IMG/VR virus record: IMGVR_UViG_3300031787_000267 | Location: 1-42,330 of that record | Length of the DNA: 42,330 bases | Origin: a virus | Taxonomy: Duplodnaviria; Caudoviricetes | Strand: one strand, 5' to 3' | In this document: positions 34,721 through 42,330 of the stretch, piece after piece | Layout: every line of letters begins with the position of its first letter | How positions within the stretch are numbered: the stretch's first letter is position 1 | Program-made: the position numbers and the translations under genes | Notes under the pieces: model-generated | Told to the model about the DNA's origin: nothing | Database searches by the model: none | Seen by the model: the letters and a program-made list of their open reading frames with translations, nothing else

Positions 34721-36385
34721 TTATGCGGGTGCACCGCGAAGATTGTTGATCATGTTGGTCAGCGCGTTCTCATCGGTGACCTGCGTCTCAGACAAGGTCT
34801 TCGCGCTCTGCGCGCCTTGCTGCGCCATCTGCATGGCCATCGCAGCGTTCTGCTGCTGCGCACGCTGTGCACGCACTTGCGCCACTTCAGCGTCGTCTTT
34901 GATGATCGAAGGCGGTGCGCCCAGCATCGCGCTGTACTCATCGAGTGCCTGGTCAAAGTCGAGCTTGTCGAGCACCTGCGGATTGGCCTGCGCCATCTGG
35001 CCGGCAAACTGCATGGTGCGCTCGATCGATGAGATGCCCACCATCTTCATGGCCTGCGCCATCACGCTGATGTACTCAACCGAGAGATCCATGCCCTGCA
35101 GCTCTTGCGGTGGCGGCGGCACCATGCCGACCTTCATCATGATGTTGAAGGTGCGATCGATCAGCGGATCGAGCAGCTCGTCGTTTAAGCGCTCAAGCAC
35201 GGGGCCCAGCATCAAGAGCTTTTCTTCGTGACGCTCCTGGATTTCGCGAGCGGTAATGTTGCTGCGCGAATCGTTGGCGATCATCAGGAACAGATCCTCA
35301 AAGAACGCACGCCGGATGCGGCCCTGGTTCTCTTGAATGTCCATCATGAGTTCATTGATGCGCGGGTTGATCTGGTAAGCCGGCGCAAATCCTTGGCCAC
35401 CTTGCGACACGTCGACGTACGTCACGTCACCTGGCAGCAGGCTTGCGCGCTGGTTGCGCAGCGAGCTCGGCGCCGTCATCGGTGGGTTGACCAGCTTGTC
35501 GATTGCCTGGGCCTTGCGTCGCTGCTCGAGCTGCAGCGCCTTGATGTCGCCCAGGGCGTCCATCGCAGGCGAGTGCCCGTAGATGTCTTCACCAGTTAGC
35601 GCCCAGCGTGGCGCCATCAACGGGAAATCATCAAAGCCAGACTCGCGAAGCAGCCGGTCACGGTTGTCGCCGAGCTCGTAATACACCGAGCGGAAGCGCT
35701 TGTACTTTGATGCCGGCCGGCGCTCATCGAACTCATCATTGGGCTCGACCACATGCACTACATCAATCCAGGCGTCCTTGTTGCCACGCTCGTAGAGGTT
35801 CTTGACCGACTCGGACACCTGCTCGATGCCAAACTGGCCGACCACCTGGTTGACTGTCATCTGGAATTCGCGGTAGCAGGTATCGACGTTGCCGCGGTAG
35901 GACGTGCCGATCATGTAGCTGCCGATCGGGTACGGGTAGCAGCGGATCACGTCCTCGCTATCCTCGAGCACAGCGAAGGCGTTGGTGCCGAACACGCCCA
36001 GGTCGCCGTAGGTGATAGGCAGCGTGGTGTAGAGGTTGCTGCGCAAAAAGACTTCGGTCATGCGCGTGCGCACCAGGTCGAGCCACAGCTTGACCGGCTT
36101 GTATTCGTTTAAGCCAGGATCAGGCGTGCGCAGCTGGAACCAGGGACGCGCAGGTGACGTGATGCCTGACATCATGCCGGAAGCGAGTGTGCGCACCGCG
36201 AGTGTCGCGGTGTTGTCGACGATCTTGGAATTCTTGCGGTCGCCCCGGTTGCGATCGGTGACGACAAAGCGCGACTGGCGCGGCAAGATGTAATCGGACA
36301 GCTCGCGCCAATGCTCGATGAACGATGCCCGCTCGGTCTTTAACGACGCGAGACGCCGGTTGAACTGTTCGCGCTTGCTTTCCAT
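34721..36385 (-). CDS. Portal (head-tail connector) protein
   Basis: LASGMMSGITSPARPWF, FGT, PRW..YG.SP, TA.EI.ER.EEK..LGPV.ERL..E.L.PLI.R motifs. Confidence 0.93.
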   Translation of the reverse strand: MESKREQFNRRLASLKTERASFIEHWRELSDYILPRQSRFVVTDRNRGDRKNSKIVDNTATLAVRTLASGMMSGITSPARPWFQLRTPDPGLNEYKPVKLWLDLVRTRMTEVFLRSNLYTTLPITYGDLGVFGTNAFAVLEDSEDVIRCYPYPIGSYMIGTSYRGNVDTCYREFQMTVNQVVGQFGIEQVSESVKNLYERGNKDAWIDVVHVVEPNDEFDERRPASKYKRFRSVYYELGDNRDRLLRESGFDDFPLMAPRWALTGEDIYGHSPAMDALGDIKALQLEQRRKAQAIDKLVNPPMTAPSSLRNQRASLLPGDVTYVDVSQGGQGFAPAYQINPRINELMMDIQENQGRIRRAFFEDLFLMIANDSRSNITAREIQERHEEKLLMLGPVLERLNDELLDPLIDRTFNIMMKVGMVPPPPQELQGMDLSVEYISVMAQAMKMVGISSIERTMQFAGQMAQANPQVLDKLDFDQALDEYSAMLGAPPSIIKDDAEVAQVRAQRAQQQNAAMAMQMAQQGAQSAKTLSETQVTDENALTNMINNLRGAPA

Positions 36386-36717
36386 CACTTCGTTCCTTTT
36401 GGCACGGAGTAGTAGCGGTTGCCGTACTTCTTGATCTCGAATCCGCGCTCGGCCTCACCTTGCACTGCTAGATCCCACGTTTCATGCGCCTTGCCCTTCA
36501 GCACTACATACGTTTCATCAGGCAAGTTGTACTTCTTCTTTACTTCCTCACTGGCCATCGTCACCGATCCCCAGTGCCCTTCGTTCTCTTCGCTAGCTGC
36601 TGGCCCCATGCCTGCAGCCACTGCGGTCTTGTAGTCATACCCAGCGCTTTCCGAGTCGAATGCCGGCTGCGCTGGCGCTGGCGGCATTGCTTGGCGCTGC
36701 GCGCCTGGAAAGCACAC
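36385..36717 (-). CDS. MCF-start small protein with an extra C-terminal domain
   Basis: GTG start reading MCFPGA, Pro-rich linker, then GYDY..GHWGS..LKG.AHETW..GE..RYYS. Confidence 0.7.
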   Translation of the reverse strand: MCFPGAQRQAMPPAPAQPAFDSESAGYDYKTAVAAGMGPAASEENEGHWGSVTMASEEVKKKYNLPDETYVVLKGKAHETWDLAVQGEAERGFEIKKYGNRYYSVPKGTK

Positions 36718-36719
36718 GA

Positions 36720-36905
36720 TTACCCACCCAGCACGGTTTTCTGATCAGCCATGCCCATGGTGTCAGCGGGCTGCGCGCTGGCAGCCATGCGACGGCGCTG
36801 CTCATCCTGCTGCGCGTTCATGTCCATGCCCGGCGCAGCTGTAGCCTGCTGGACCGCGGCCGCCACAGGCGGCGGTGAAGATCTGCTACGTCCGAAGAAA
36901 CACAT
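36720..36905 (-). CDS. Small putative virion protein, MCFFG...QKTVLGG
   Basis: Paralogue of 36907-37116; tightly packed with neighbours. Confidence 0.7.
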   Translation of the reverse strand: MCFFGRSRSSPPPVAAAVQQATAAPGMDMNAQQDEQRRRMAASAQPADTMGMADQKTVLGG

Positions 36906-36906
36906 G

Positions 36907-37116
36907 TCAGGATCCCAGAAGTGTTTTCTGCGCGGTGGCAGCTGGCGCAGTTACGCCCATCGCGCTGGTCAAAATGGTTGATCGCTGGCCCAGCGCAGCT
37001 GCCTGGCGGCGGCGCTCACGGTCCATCGAATCTTGCACAGCCTGCTCTTGCTCGACCGGCGCGGCCGCTGGCGGCGGCGGAGGCGCGGGCGGGTCATTGC
37101 CACCAAAGAAGCACAT
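36907..37116 (-). CDS. Small putative virion protein, MCFFG...QKTLLGS
   Basis: GAGG RBS; STILT..G..KTLLG ending typical of the small gene before the portal in this phage group. Confidence 0.8.
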   Translation of the reverse strand: MCFFGGNDPPAPPPPPAAAPVEQEQAVQDSMDRERRRQAAALGQRSTILTSAMGVTAPAATAQKTLLGS

Positions 37117-37148
37117 AGGGTCACCTCATGTGATATTCACAACGTGCG

Positions 37149-37160
37149 CGGATTATCGCA
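37149..37160 (-). promoter_or_regulatory. Extended -10-like element TGCGATAATCCG upstream of the head operon
   Basis: TGn-GATAAT; the identical 12-mer occurs at 41559-41570. Confidence 0.5.
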
Positions 37161-37178
37161 CCAATTTGCCCAGAAAAA

Positions 37179-38657
37179 TCAGGCGGTTTCAAACGGATCG
37201 TATTCCATCTTCACGCCGCGCTGCTCCAAGCTCGGGTGAATGTGCGCTAGGCTTGGCGACACCGGGAAGGCAAAGGTCAACGCCAACGCGTCTGCCTTGT
37301 CCGGGCTGCGCCCGATCAGATCCTTGATGTCGTCCTTATCGCACAGGCGGAACTTGTCGCCCTGGAAGGTGTAGGTGGCTGCGATTAACTCCTCGGCCAA
37401 CTCCCGGTCCCGCGGCAACGCGCCGCCGTCCTTCACCCACTTGGCCATCTCGAACCACATCTCGGACCGCTTGTTGAAGTAGCGCGCATCAAGCGGTTTG
37501 CCGCTGAAGTAGACCTCGATTGGCGTCTTGTTGATCTGCCGCAGGCCATCGACCACGCCCACGCCATAACCACCGGTCGCGTCCACAAACACGGCATCAG
37601 GCTTCCACTTGTCCATCGACAACGCCACCTGCTGGGCCACCAGCATGGTGTCGGGAATTCTCATCGTGCGCGCTTTAAAAGCGACGCGCCCTTGCCGCGG
37701 GTAGATCACGGTCGAGTCATCGCCCTGCCTGGCTACGTCCACGCCCAGGATCTTGGCGGCGAACTCGTACTGTGTCACCTCGTAATGGCGCGACATGGCG
37801 CGCTCGACATCCTCAGGCCCCAGCAGTGCATTCGCCGAGCTCGAGGGGAACACGCCACGCACACGCACGCGCACAAAGTCGGAGTCCTCGCCGTAATCGT
37901 CGACCCACTTCTGCAGCTGGGTCTTGTTCGTCATGGCCACGGTGCGGCTATCGATCTGCCGGGTGATCCACCGGTGGCGAAAGCGCCCAAAGCATTCGCG
38001 AAACCGCCCGGTGTTTAAGGTCGGGTTACCGAAGCAGCACCAGATGATCTCGGTGTTGCTATCGGTCAGCGCACCCTCGGAGACTTCCCAGATCAAATCG
38101 GGAATGGCCGAGGCCTCATCGAACACCAGCAAGATGCGCTTGCCCTTGTTGTGCAAGCCGGCAAATGCTTCGGTGTTGCGCTCAGACCAAGGCACCATGT
38201 CGATGCGCCAGGTCTTCTCGTGCGCCGGGTCCTTGGAAAACAGCGCGGTCGCCGTGAGCTCGAACCAGTGCCGCACCAGGCAGATGCGGTGCCACTTGGC
38301 AAGCTCCGCCCAGGTCTTGGTCTTGAGCTGGTTCTCTGTGTTGGCGGTGACCACGCCCTTGGTGTCTTCGTGGGTGGCGATCGCCCACAGGATTAGCCAA
38401 GACACCAGCGCTGACTTGCCGATGCCGTGGCCTGATGCGATGGCCAGCTGCACGGCCTCGCTGGCTGTCAATGTGCCGGCATTCAACCTGCGGCCGATCT
38501 CGATCAACGCATCGCGCTGCCACTCATCGGGCCCGTCAAAGCCTGCGAGCTCGCCCTGGCCCCACTCGAAAGCAGCCAGCACGAACCCCAGCGGGTCACG
38601 CGTGAACCCGGCGATGAAGTCGATCAGCTCGAGCTGAACGTCAGCCGACGCGCTCAC
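37179..38657 (-). CDS. terL: Terminase large subunit
   Basis: Walker A SGHGIGKS, Walker B LLVFDEA, GNP coupling motif, nuclease GVDVAR and SPDKADAL. Confidence 0.95.
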   Translation of the reverse strand: MSASADVQLELIDFIAGFTRDPLGFVLAAFEWGQGELAGFDGPDEWQRDALIEIGRRLNAGTLTASEAVQLAIASGHGIGKSALVSWLILWAIATHEDTKGVVTANTENQLKTKTWAELAKWHRICLVRHWFELTATALFSKDPAHEKTWRIDMVPWSERNTEAFAGLHNKGKRILLVFDEASAIPDLIWEVSEGALTDSNTEIIWCCFGNPTLNTGRFRECFGRFRHRWITRQIDSRTVAMTNKTQLQKWVDDYGEDSDFVRVRVRGVFPSSSANALLGPEDVERAMSRHYEVTQYEFAAKILGVDVARQGDDSTVIYPRQGRVAFKARTMRIPDTMLVAQQVALSMDKWKPDAVFVDATGGYGVGVVDGLRQINKTPIEVYFSGKPLDARYFNKRSEMWFEMAKWVKDGGALPRDRELAEELIAATYTFQGDKFRLCDKDDIKDLIGRSPDKADALALTFAFPVSPSLAHIHPSLEQRGVKMEYDPFETA

Positions 38658-38925
38658 GGGCCTGTTTGAGTTTTTCTGCCAGCACCAGCTCGATCGCGCC
38701 GGAGACTTCAGCCTTCATCTCCCGCGGCAGCACCTTGCCCACCAGGGACATGAACGCGGTCGGGTTCGCCTCGGCTTGGTCGGCCAGGTACTGCTGGCCA
38801 CCCACCTGCTCGAGCGCACCCAGGACCATGGCCTTCACGTCCGCCTGCACCTTGTTGGCTGCGCCCTTGGGGCGCCCCATACCTGCGCGAGGCGGTTTCT
38901 TGACCGGCTTGTCAGAAGTTGCCAT
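38641..38925 (-). CDS. terS: Terminase small subunit
   Basis: GRPKGAANK..GG..YL...A..NP.AF..L.GKVLP; directly upstream of terL. Confidence 0.75.
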   Translation of the reverse strand: MATSDKPVKKPPRAGMGRPKGAANKVQADVKAMVLGALEQVGGQQYLADQAEANPTAFMSLVGKVLPREMKAEVSGAIELVLAEKLKQARERVG

Positions 38926-38961
38926 GTCACTAAATCCCACTAAAGAACTCCAGCTGTATCA

Positions 38962-39327
38962 TCACGATGTGATTTTCTCACCATGCGGGGCAATTGTGAT
39001 CTCGACCCGGCCGCCGGGCGCTGGCTCCTGCCAGATCAGGTGCAGCCTGCGCACCAGATGATCGTCCTGCCACACACGCGCTCGGGTCAGACTGTCGGCC
39101 AGCACCTTCCAGGCATTGTCCAGATCACGCCGGCGATTGTCTGGCGGGTAAAGCCGGCACTCGACTGTGACGGGCATGTCCAGGTTGATCATCTTGCCCT
39201 GCTGCATGACGGCGTACTGCACGTCGCGATAGAACCCCTTGGCCCTGTCGCCCAGGTAGGTCCTGCCCTGCCCTTTGCGCCACATGTGGTTGCCGCTTGG
39301 CGGATATGGCAATGTCAAACTGATCAT
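38962..39327 (-). CDS. rusA: RusA-family Holliday junction resolvase
   Basis: LPYPPS.N..WR, PPDNRRRDLDN..K..DSL..DD motifs; start 39327 after a purine-rich RBS. Confidence 0.9.
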   Translation of the reverse strand: MISLTLPYPPSGNHMWRKGQGRTYLGDRAKGFYRDVQYAVMQQGKMINLDMPVTVECRLYPPDNRRRDLDNAWKVLADSLTRARVWQDDHLVRRLHLIWQEPAPGGRVEITIAPHGEKITS

Positions 39328-39350
39328 ACTTTCCCTTTCCTTTTTGGCCT

Positions 39351-39545
39351 TGCCCCAGGTCTGCCCCATCTTGCCCCACCTTATATAAGGTGGTGGGGCA
39401 TGGGGCACTTGGCGCCCCAAACTGCCCCAGAAATTTTTGGGGCACTTTTACCGCACAGCTGCGACGTTTTACGGTAAGTGCCAACTCTTGCCCCAGAATT
39501 TTTGGGGCATCAAAAAGTGTTAGTGCCCCAGCAACATTTGGGGCA
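39351..39545. repeat. Iteron-like array, putative replication origin
   Basis: TGCCCCA x6 and TGGGGCA x5, plus a perfect 18-bp palindrome CCACCTTATATAAGGTGG (39376-39393), directly downstream of the primase-helicase gene. Confidence 0.75.
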
Positions 39546-39575
39546 CTTTTCTTACGCGAACCTTACAAACTGCAC

Positions 39576-41444
39576 TCATGACTTACGCTTCCACACCGGC
39601 TTGCCGTGACCCAGGATCTGGTGGCCAGCACGCGAGAGCTCATCCAATCCAGCCTGCGTGATGCCTTGGTCATTGATAAATCCGAGCCGCTTTAATCCAC
39701 CCACCACCCGCGACACCGTGCCCTTGGACGCCATCAGCGGATCCTCGAGTTGACGCGTGGTGTGCCACTTCTGGTCCAGGATCTTCAGCACCTCAATCGC
39801 CGTGATCTGGGTGCCGTCGGTGCGCTTGCCCAGCTGCGCGTGGATCATGTCGCCGGCCACGTCCAGCACCGCGGACGTCACCGGGTTGCCGTCCTCATCG
39901 AATACGCCTGGCAGCTCGACGCCGCGGATTTTCAGCATCATGTCGGCCGGGATCTCAGCGTCCTTCATCTTGGTAAACCGGATCTTGACCAGCCCGCTGT
40001 CGTCCTTGGATACCTCGCACTCAGCGTCGACCGCGGCCTTTAATGCCGAGGATCCGCGGGCCCGCTCCATGTTGTGACCGGCATGGTGGACGGTGGACAC
40101 GCAGCAGCCAAACGGCCGGCGCAGCCACTTGTCCAGGTGGGAAATAAACACCGACATGTCTTCGGTGCTGTTCTCATCCCCCGCGCCGAAGTTACGCGCC
40201 AGGGTATCGATGCAAATGAATGCGGGCGCAGCGCCCGTGGCGTCACACGTCCTAGCAATCTGTTCATACACACTGCGAATGCTGTCTTCATCGAGCACCG
40301 CCATAGCGCCCCCCGACTTGAAGATCTGCCCTGGGGCAATCGGGGCACCGCGCGCCACTTCCCAGGCTTTGAACCGCCGGGCCAGGCCGTTGTGCCCTTC
40401 GCCTGCGATGTAGAACACCGGTCCCTGCTTGACCTGGCGCTCGAAGAACGCGTTGCCTGTTGCAATCGCGCAAGCAATGTCGACTGCAAAAAAAGATTTG
40501 CCGCCGCCTGGTTGCCCGTAGATCAGCGCCAATGAATCCGCCTCGAACACATCACGCACCAACCAGTCGATCGGCTTGATGTCAGCGATCAGATCTGACA
40601 CATCAAAAAATTCAAACTTGCCGTGATTGTCGTTACTAGATTGATCTACATCAAACGCATCGACCGCGCCGTTGACGATGTCATCAACAGTTGCGCCCGC
40701 TTTGATCCAGTCAGCCAGGTCTTTACCTGACGCGGGATTGACGACTCTGACGCTTTGCGCCTTACCTTGCAGGGTGCTAATCACCCATTCGGCATGTCGA
40801 ATGCCTGGGTCATCCTGGTCTGGCACGACCACGACATTTGCGCCCCGCAGGAGTTCCGCAAACTCTGGCAGCCACTTGTTGCCGGACCCGTTGTCTGCAC
40901 CCATCGCATTGCAGGTCGCAACCAAACCCAAGGATCGGGCAGCTTCGACGTCCTTCTCGCCCTCGCAGATATAGACCGTGCGGCCCTCTGCGACTGCGGC
41001 AAGAACTTCGGGCAACCGGTACAGCACCCGGCGCACACCCTTGATCGACCAGGTCCACCCGCTGCCATTGATCGGTGCGCGCTGCCTGAAATCCTTCGGT
41101 TCATATCGCACTGCCTGGTAGAGCAGCTGGCCGTCTTCGTCGGTGTAGTTGTACTCAGCAACGACCTGGCCTTTTCCTTGCCCTAGATTGATCTGCACCG
41201 GTAGCGGATCCGGTGGTGTGACTGTCTTAGGTGTGTTCCAAAGACCGCGCGCCTTAAGCTCTGCCACCACGTCCGCCTGCGCGCAGCCTGCATGACAGTG
41301 GACTAGGAGCTTGCCGTTGGACTCTTCTTTGATAGATAGCGACGCGCGCTTGTCTTCGTGTGCCGGGCATCGGCACGACCAGTTGTCACCCGATTTTGAT
41401 GCGCCGCCTAAATGGCGTGCTATAGATTCCGTAGTTAACTGCAT
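39576..41444 (-). CDS. Primase-helicase (Zn finger + TOPRIM + AAA_25/RepA-like helicase + probable C-terminal wHTH)
   Basis: CPAHED..CHAGC; ICEGEKD..PDQD; GQPGGGKS, YIAGEG, IDTLAR, HH.G..RGSSA motifs. Confidence 0.92.
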   Translation of the reverse strand: MQLTTESIARHLGGASKSGDNWSCRCPAHEDKRASLSIKEESNGKLLVHCHAGCAQADVVAELKARGLWNTPKTVTPPDPLPVQINLGQGKGQVVAEYNYTDEDGQLLYQAVRYEPKDFRQRAPINGSGWTWSIKGVRRVLYRLPEVLAAVAEGRTVYICEGEKDVEAARSLGLVATCNAMGADNGSGNKWLPEFAELLRGANVVVVPDQDDPGIRHAEWVISTLQGKAQSVRVVNPASGKDLADWIKAGATVDDIVNGAVDAFDVDQSSNDNHGKFEFFDVSDLIADIKPIDWLVRDVFEADSLALIYGQPGGGKSFFAVDIACAIATGNAFFERQVKQGPVFYIAGEGHNGLARRFKAWEVARGAPIAPGQIFKSGGAMAVLDEDSIRSVYEQIARTCDATGAAPAFICIDTLARNFGAGDENSTEDMSVFISHLDKWLRRPFGCCVSTVHHAGHNMERARGSSALKAAVDAECEVSKDDSGLVKIRFTKMKDAEIPADMMLKIRGVELPGVFDEDGNPVTSAVLDVAGDMIHAQLGKRTDGTQITAIEVLKILDQKWHTTRQLEDPLMASKGTVSRVVGGLKRLGFINDQGITQAGLDELSRAGHQILGHGKPVWKRKS

Positions 41445-41483
41445 CCCCGTCCCATTGTTGTTTTTTTACCCTGCCCATCAAGG

Positions 41484-41556
41484 TGCCAGCACCGATACTC
41501 GGGACAGGGAAGTCGATAGAAACCTCGTTAGCTAGACAAGGTCATCGGTGCTGGCA
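41484..41556 (-). ncRNA. Candidate structured RNA in the primase-helicase leader
   Basis: Perfect 13-bp inverted repeat enclosing an inner hairpin; begins just downstream of an extended -10-like element. Confidence 0.45.
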
Positions 41557-41589
41557 TTCGGATTATCGCATCACGTTACACATCTCTCA

Positions 41590-41838
41590 TCACCGCGGGC
41601 AAGCAAACCCTGACAACTCGTTGACCGTGATGTCGATACCGCGATCTTTGCCAGAGGCAATTAAATGTTGCCACCACTTCTGTGGAATGCGGCCACCCGT
41701 GCCACCCAACGACGCTGGGGTACACCAACGCGACACCGCGGACGGACTCACGCCCACTAATCGCGCCACCGTGCGGCAACCGCCCAGACGCGCCACCACC
41801 GTGGTTGCGGGATTCGCATCGTGTTTAGTCTTTCCCAT
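41590..41838 (-). CDS. Cro-like HTH regulator
   Basis: VVARLGG...VARLVGVSPSAVSRW...G.IP..W; divergent from the repressor; GAGG/GAAGG RBS. Confidence 0.82.
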   Translation of the reverse strand: MGKTKHDANPATTVVARLGGCRTVARLVGVSPSAVSRWCTPASLGGTGGRIPQKWWQHLIASGKDRGIDITVNELSGFACPR

Positions 41839-41850
41839 CACCTTCCTCAA

Positions 41851-41988
41851 AAAAATATCTACAGGTGCAAATTCAATACAATTGTTATATCAATCAACAA
41901 GTTGTTGCCGACAATCATGATTATAACTGTGGTTGACTCGATGTTGCGTTTGCCTCAATATCAAGAGCCCTCTGTCGATATATACTCA
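41851..41988. promoter_or_regulatory. Divergent immunity control region
   Basis: AT-rich; operator-like GATGTTGCG-N5-CTCAATATC (41940-41962); palindrome CAACAA-G-TTGTTG (41895-41907); TATAAT on the minus strand at 41920-41925. Confidence 0.65.
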
Positions 41989-42330
41989 ATGGGCAATCCA
42001 TCCACCATTAACAAAGCCTGGTTCCAAGAACAGCTCGCGCGCATTGGCATGTCGCAACGCCAGCTCGCCAAGCGCATCAACTTGGACCCCGCGGCTGTGT
42101 CCTACATGTTCGCCGGCAAGCGGGGCATGTCCATGGACGAAGCCAAGGCTATTGCCGGTGAGCTGCTCTTGCCCGTCACGGAGGTCATGCGCCAAGCCGG
42201 CATCGAGGTCTTGGACGATGTGCGCAAGGTCCCGATCGCCGGCTACATCGGCCCAGGCTCCATCGTCACCCTCTTGCCCAAAGGCACCCACGACACCGCC
42301 ATGGCCCCGCCCGACGTGCCCTCGGGCTCG
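41989..42330 (+). CDS. 5' part of the same repressor in the right repeat copy (runs off the window end)
   Basis: ATG 41989 reads MGNPSTINKAWFQEQLARIG-MSQRQ..., in frame with the copy of ATG 39 at 42049. Confidence 0.8.
   Translation, partial: MGNPSTINKAWFQEQLARIGMSQRQLAKRINLDPAAVSYMFAGKRGMSMDEAKAIAGELLLPVTEVMRQAGIEVLDDVRKVPIAGYIGPGSIVTLLPKGTHDTAMAPPDVPSGS
42011..42330 (+). repeat. Terminal direct repeat, right copy
   Basis: Same sequence as 1-320 apart from 8 transitions. Confidence 0.97.

Larger units (their letters stand above)
1..42330. mobile_element. Complete temperate phage genome (epsilon15/BPP-1-like podovirus structural module), circularly permuted
   Basis: Full set of modules present (immunity, recombination, int/xis/attP, replication, packaging, head, short tail, lysis); ends overlap by 320 nt; no host genes seen. 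Confidence 0.95.

Noticed and set aside
39351-39545. CRISPR-like array, or coding extension of RusA (track start 39420)
   Set aside because: Repeats are 7 bp, in both orientations and irregularly spaced; RusA similarity begins at 39327.
17590-41444. Numerous plus-strand ORFs opposite the late genes (e.g. 34100-35032, 22882-23604, 37924-38637)
   Set aside because: These are antisense shadows of GC-rich coding sequence, with no recognisable motifs or independent expression signals.
41972-41987. LexA (SOS) box upstream of the repressor
   Set aside because: CTGT-CGATATAT-ACTC lacks the required ACAG half-site.
41986-42291. Minus-strand 101-aa ORF
   Set aside because: Antisense shadow of the repressor; all repeat-copy differences are silent in the plus-strand repressor frame.

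Overview
The window is an essentially complete temperate podovirus-type phage genome of about 42,010 bp. Its first 320 nt recur at 42011-42330 with 8 synonymous differences, which looks like a circular assembly overlap. Plus-strand arm (1-8585): CI-like repressor, small early genes, a Sak4-like ATPase/DUF669 SSB/Cas4-like nuclease/SF2 helicase module, excisionase and tyrosine integrase. An intact attP follows, whose core matches the 3' end of a proteobacterial tRNA-Val(GAC). Minus-strand arm (41838 to 8852): Cro-like regulator, primase-helicase, an iteron-like repeat array, RusA, terminase, an epsilon15/BPP-1-like head and short-tail module, ejection proteins (one of 2698 aa), a two-fibre tail module and an expanded GH19/spanin lysis cassette. 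A betaproteobacterial host is an inference. The best leads are: (i) a 2OG-Fe(II) oxygenase plus HD-like (DUF6817-like) pair translationally coupled inside the tail-fibre operon; (ii) three tandem 'MCF-' small genes, one with a cargo domain, together with a GNAT-fold protein; (iii) several enzyme-like domains in the giant ejection protein; (iv) three unannotated structured-RNA candidates; (v) a repressor with a degenerate S24 domain. All family assignments come from motif recognition by eye; no searches were run.
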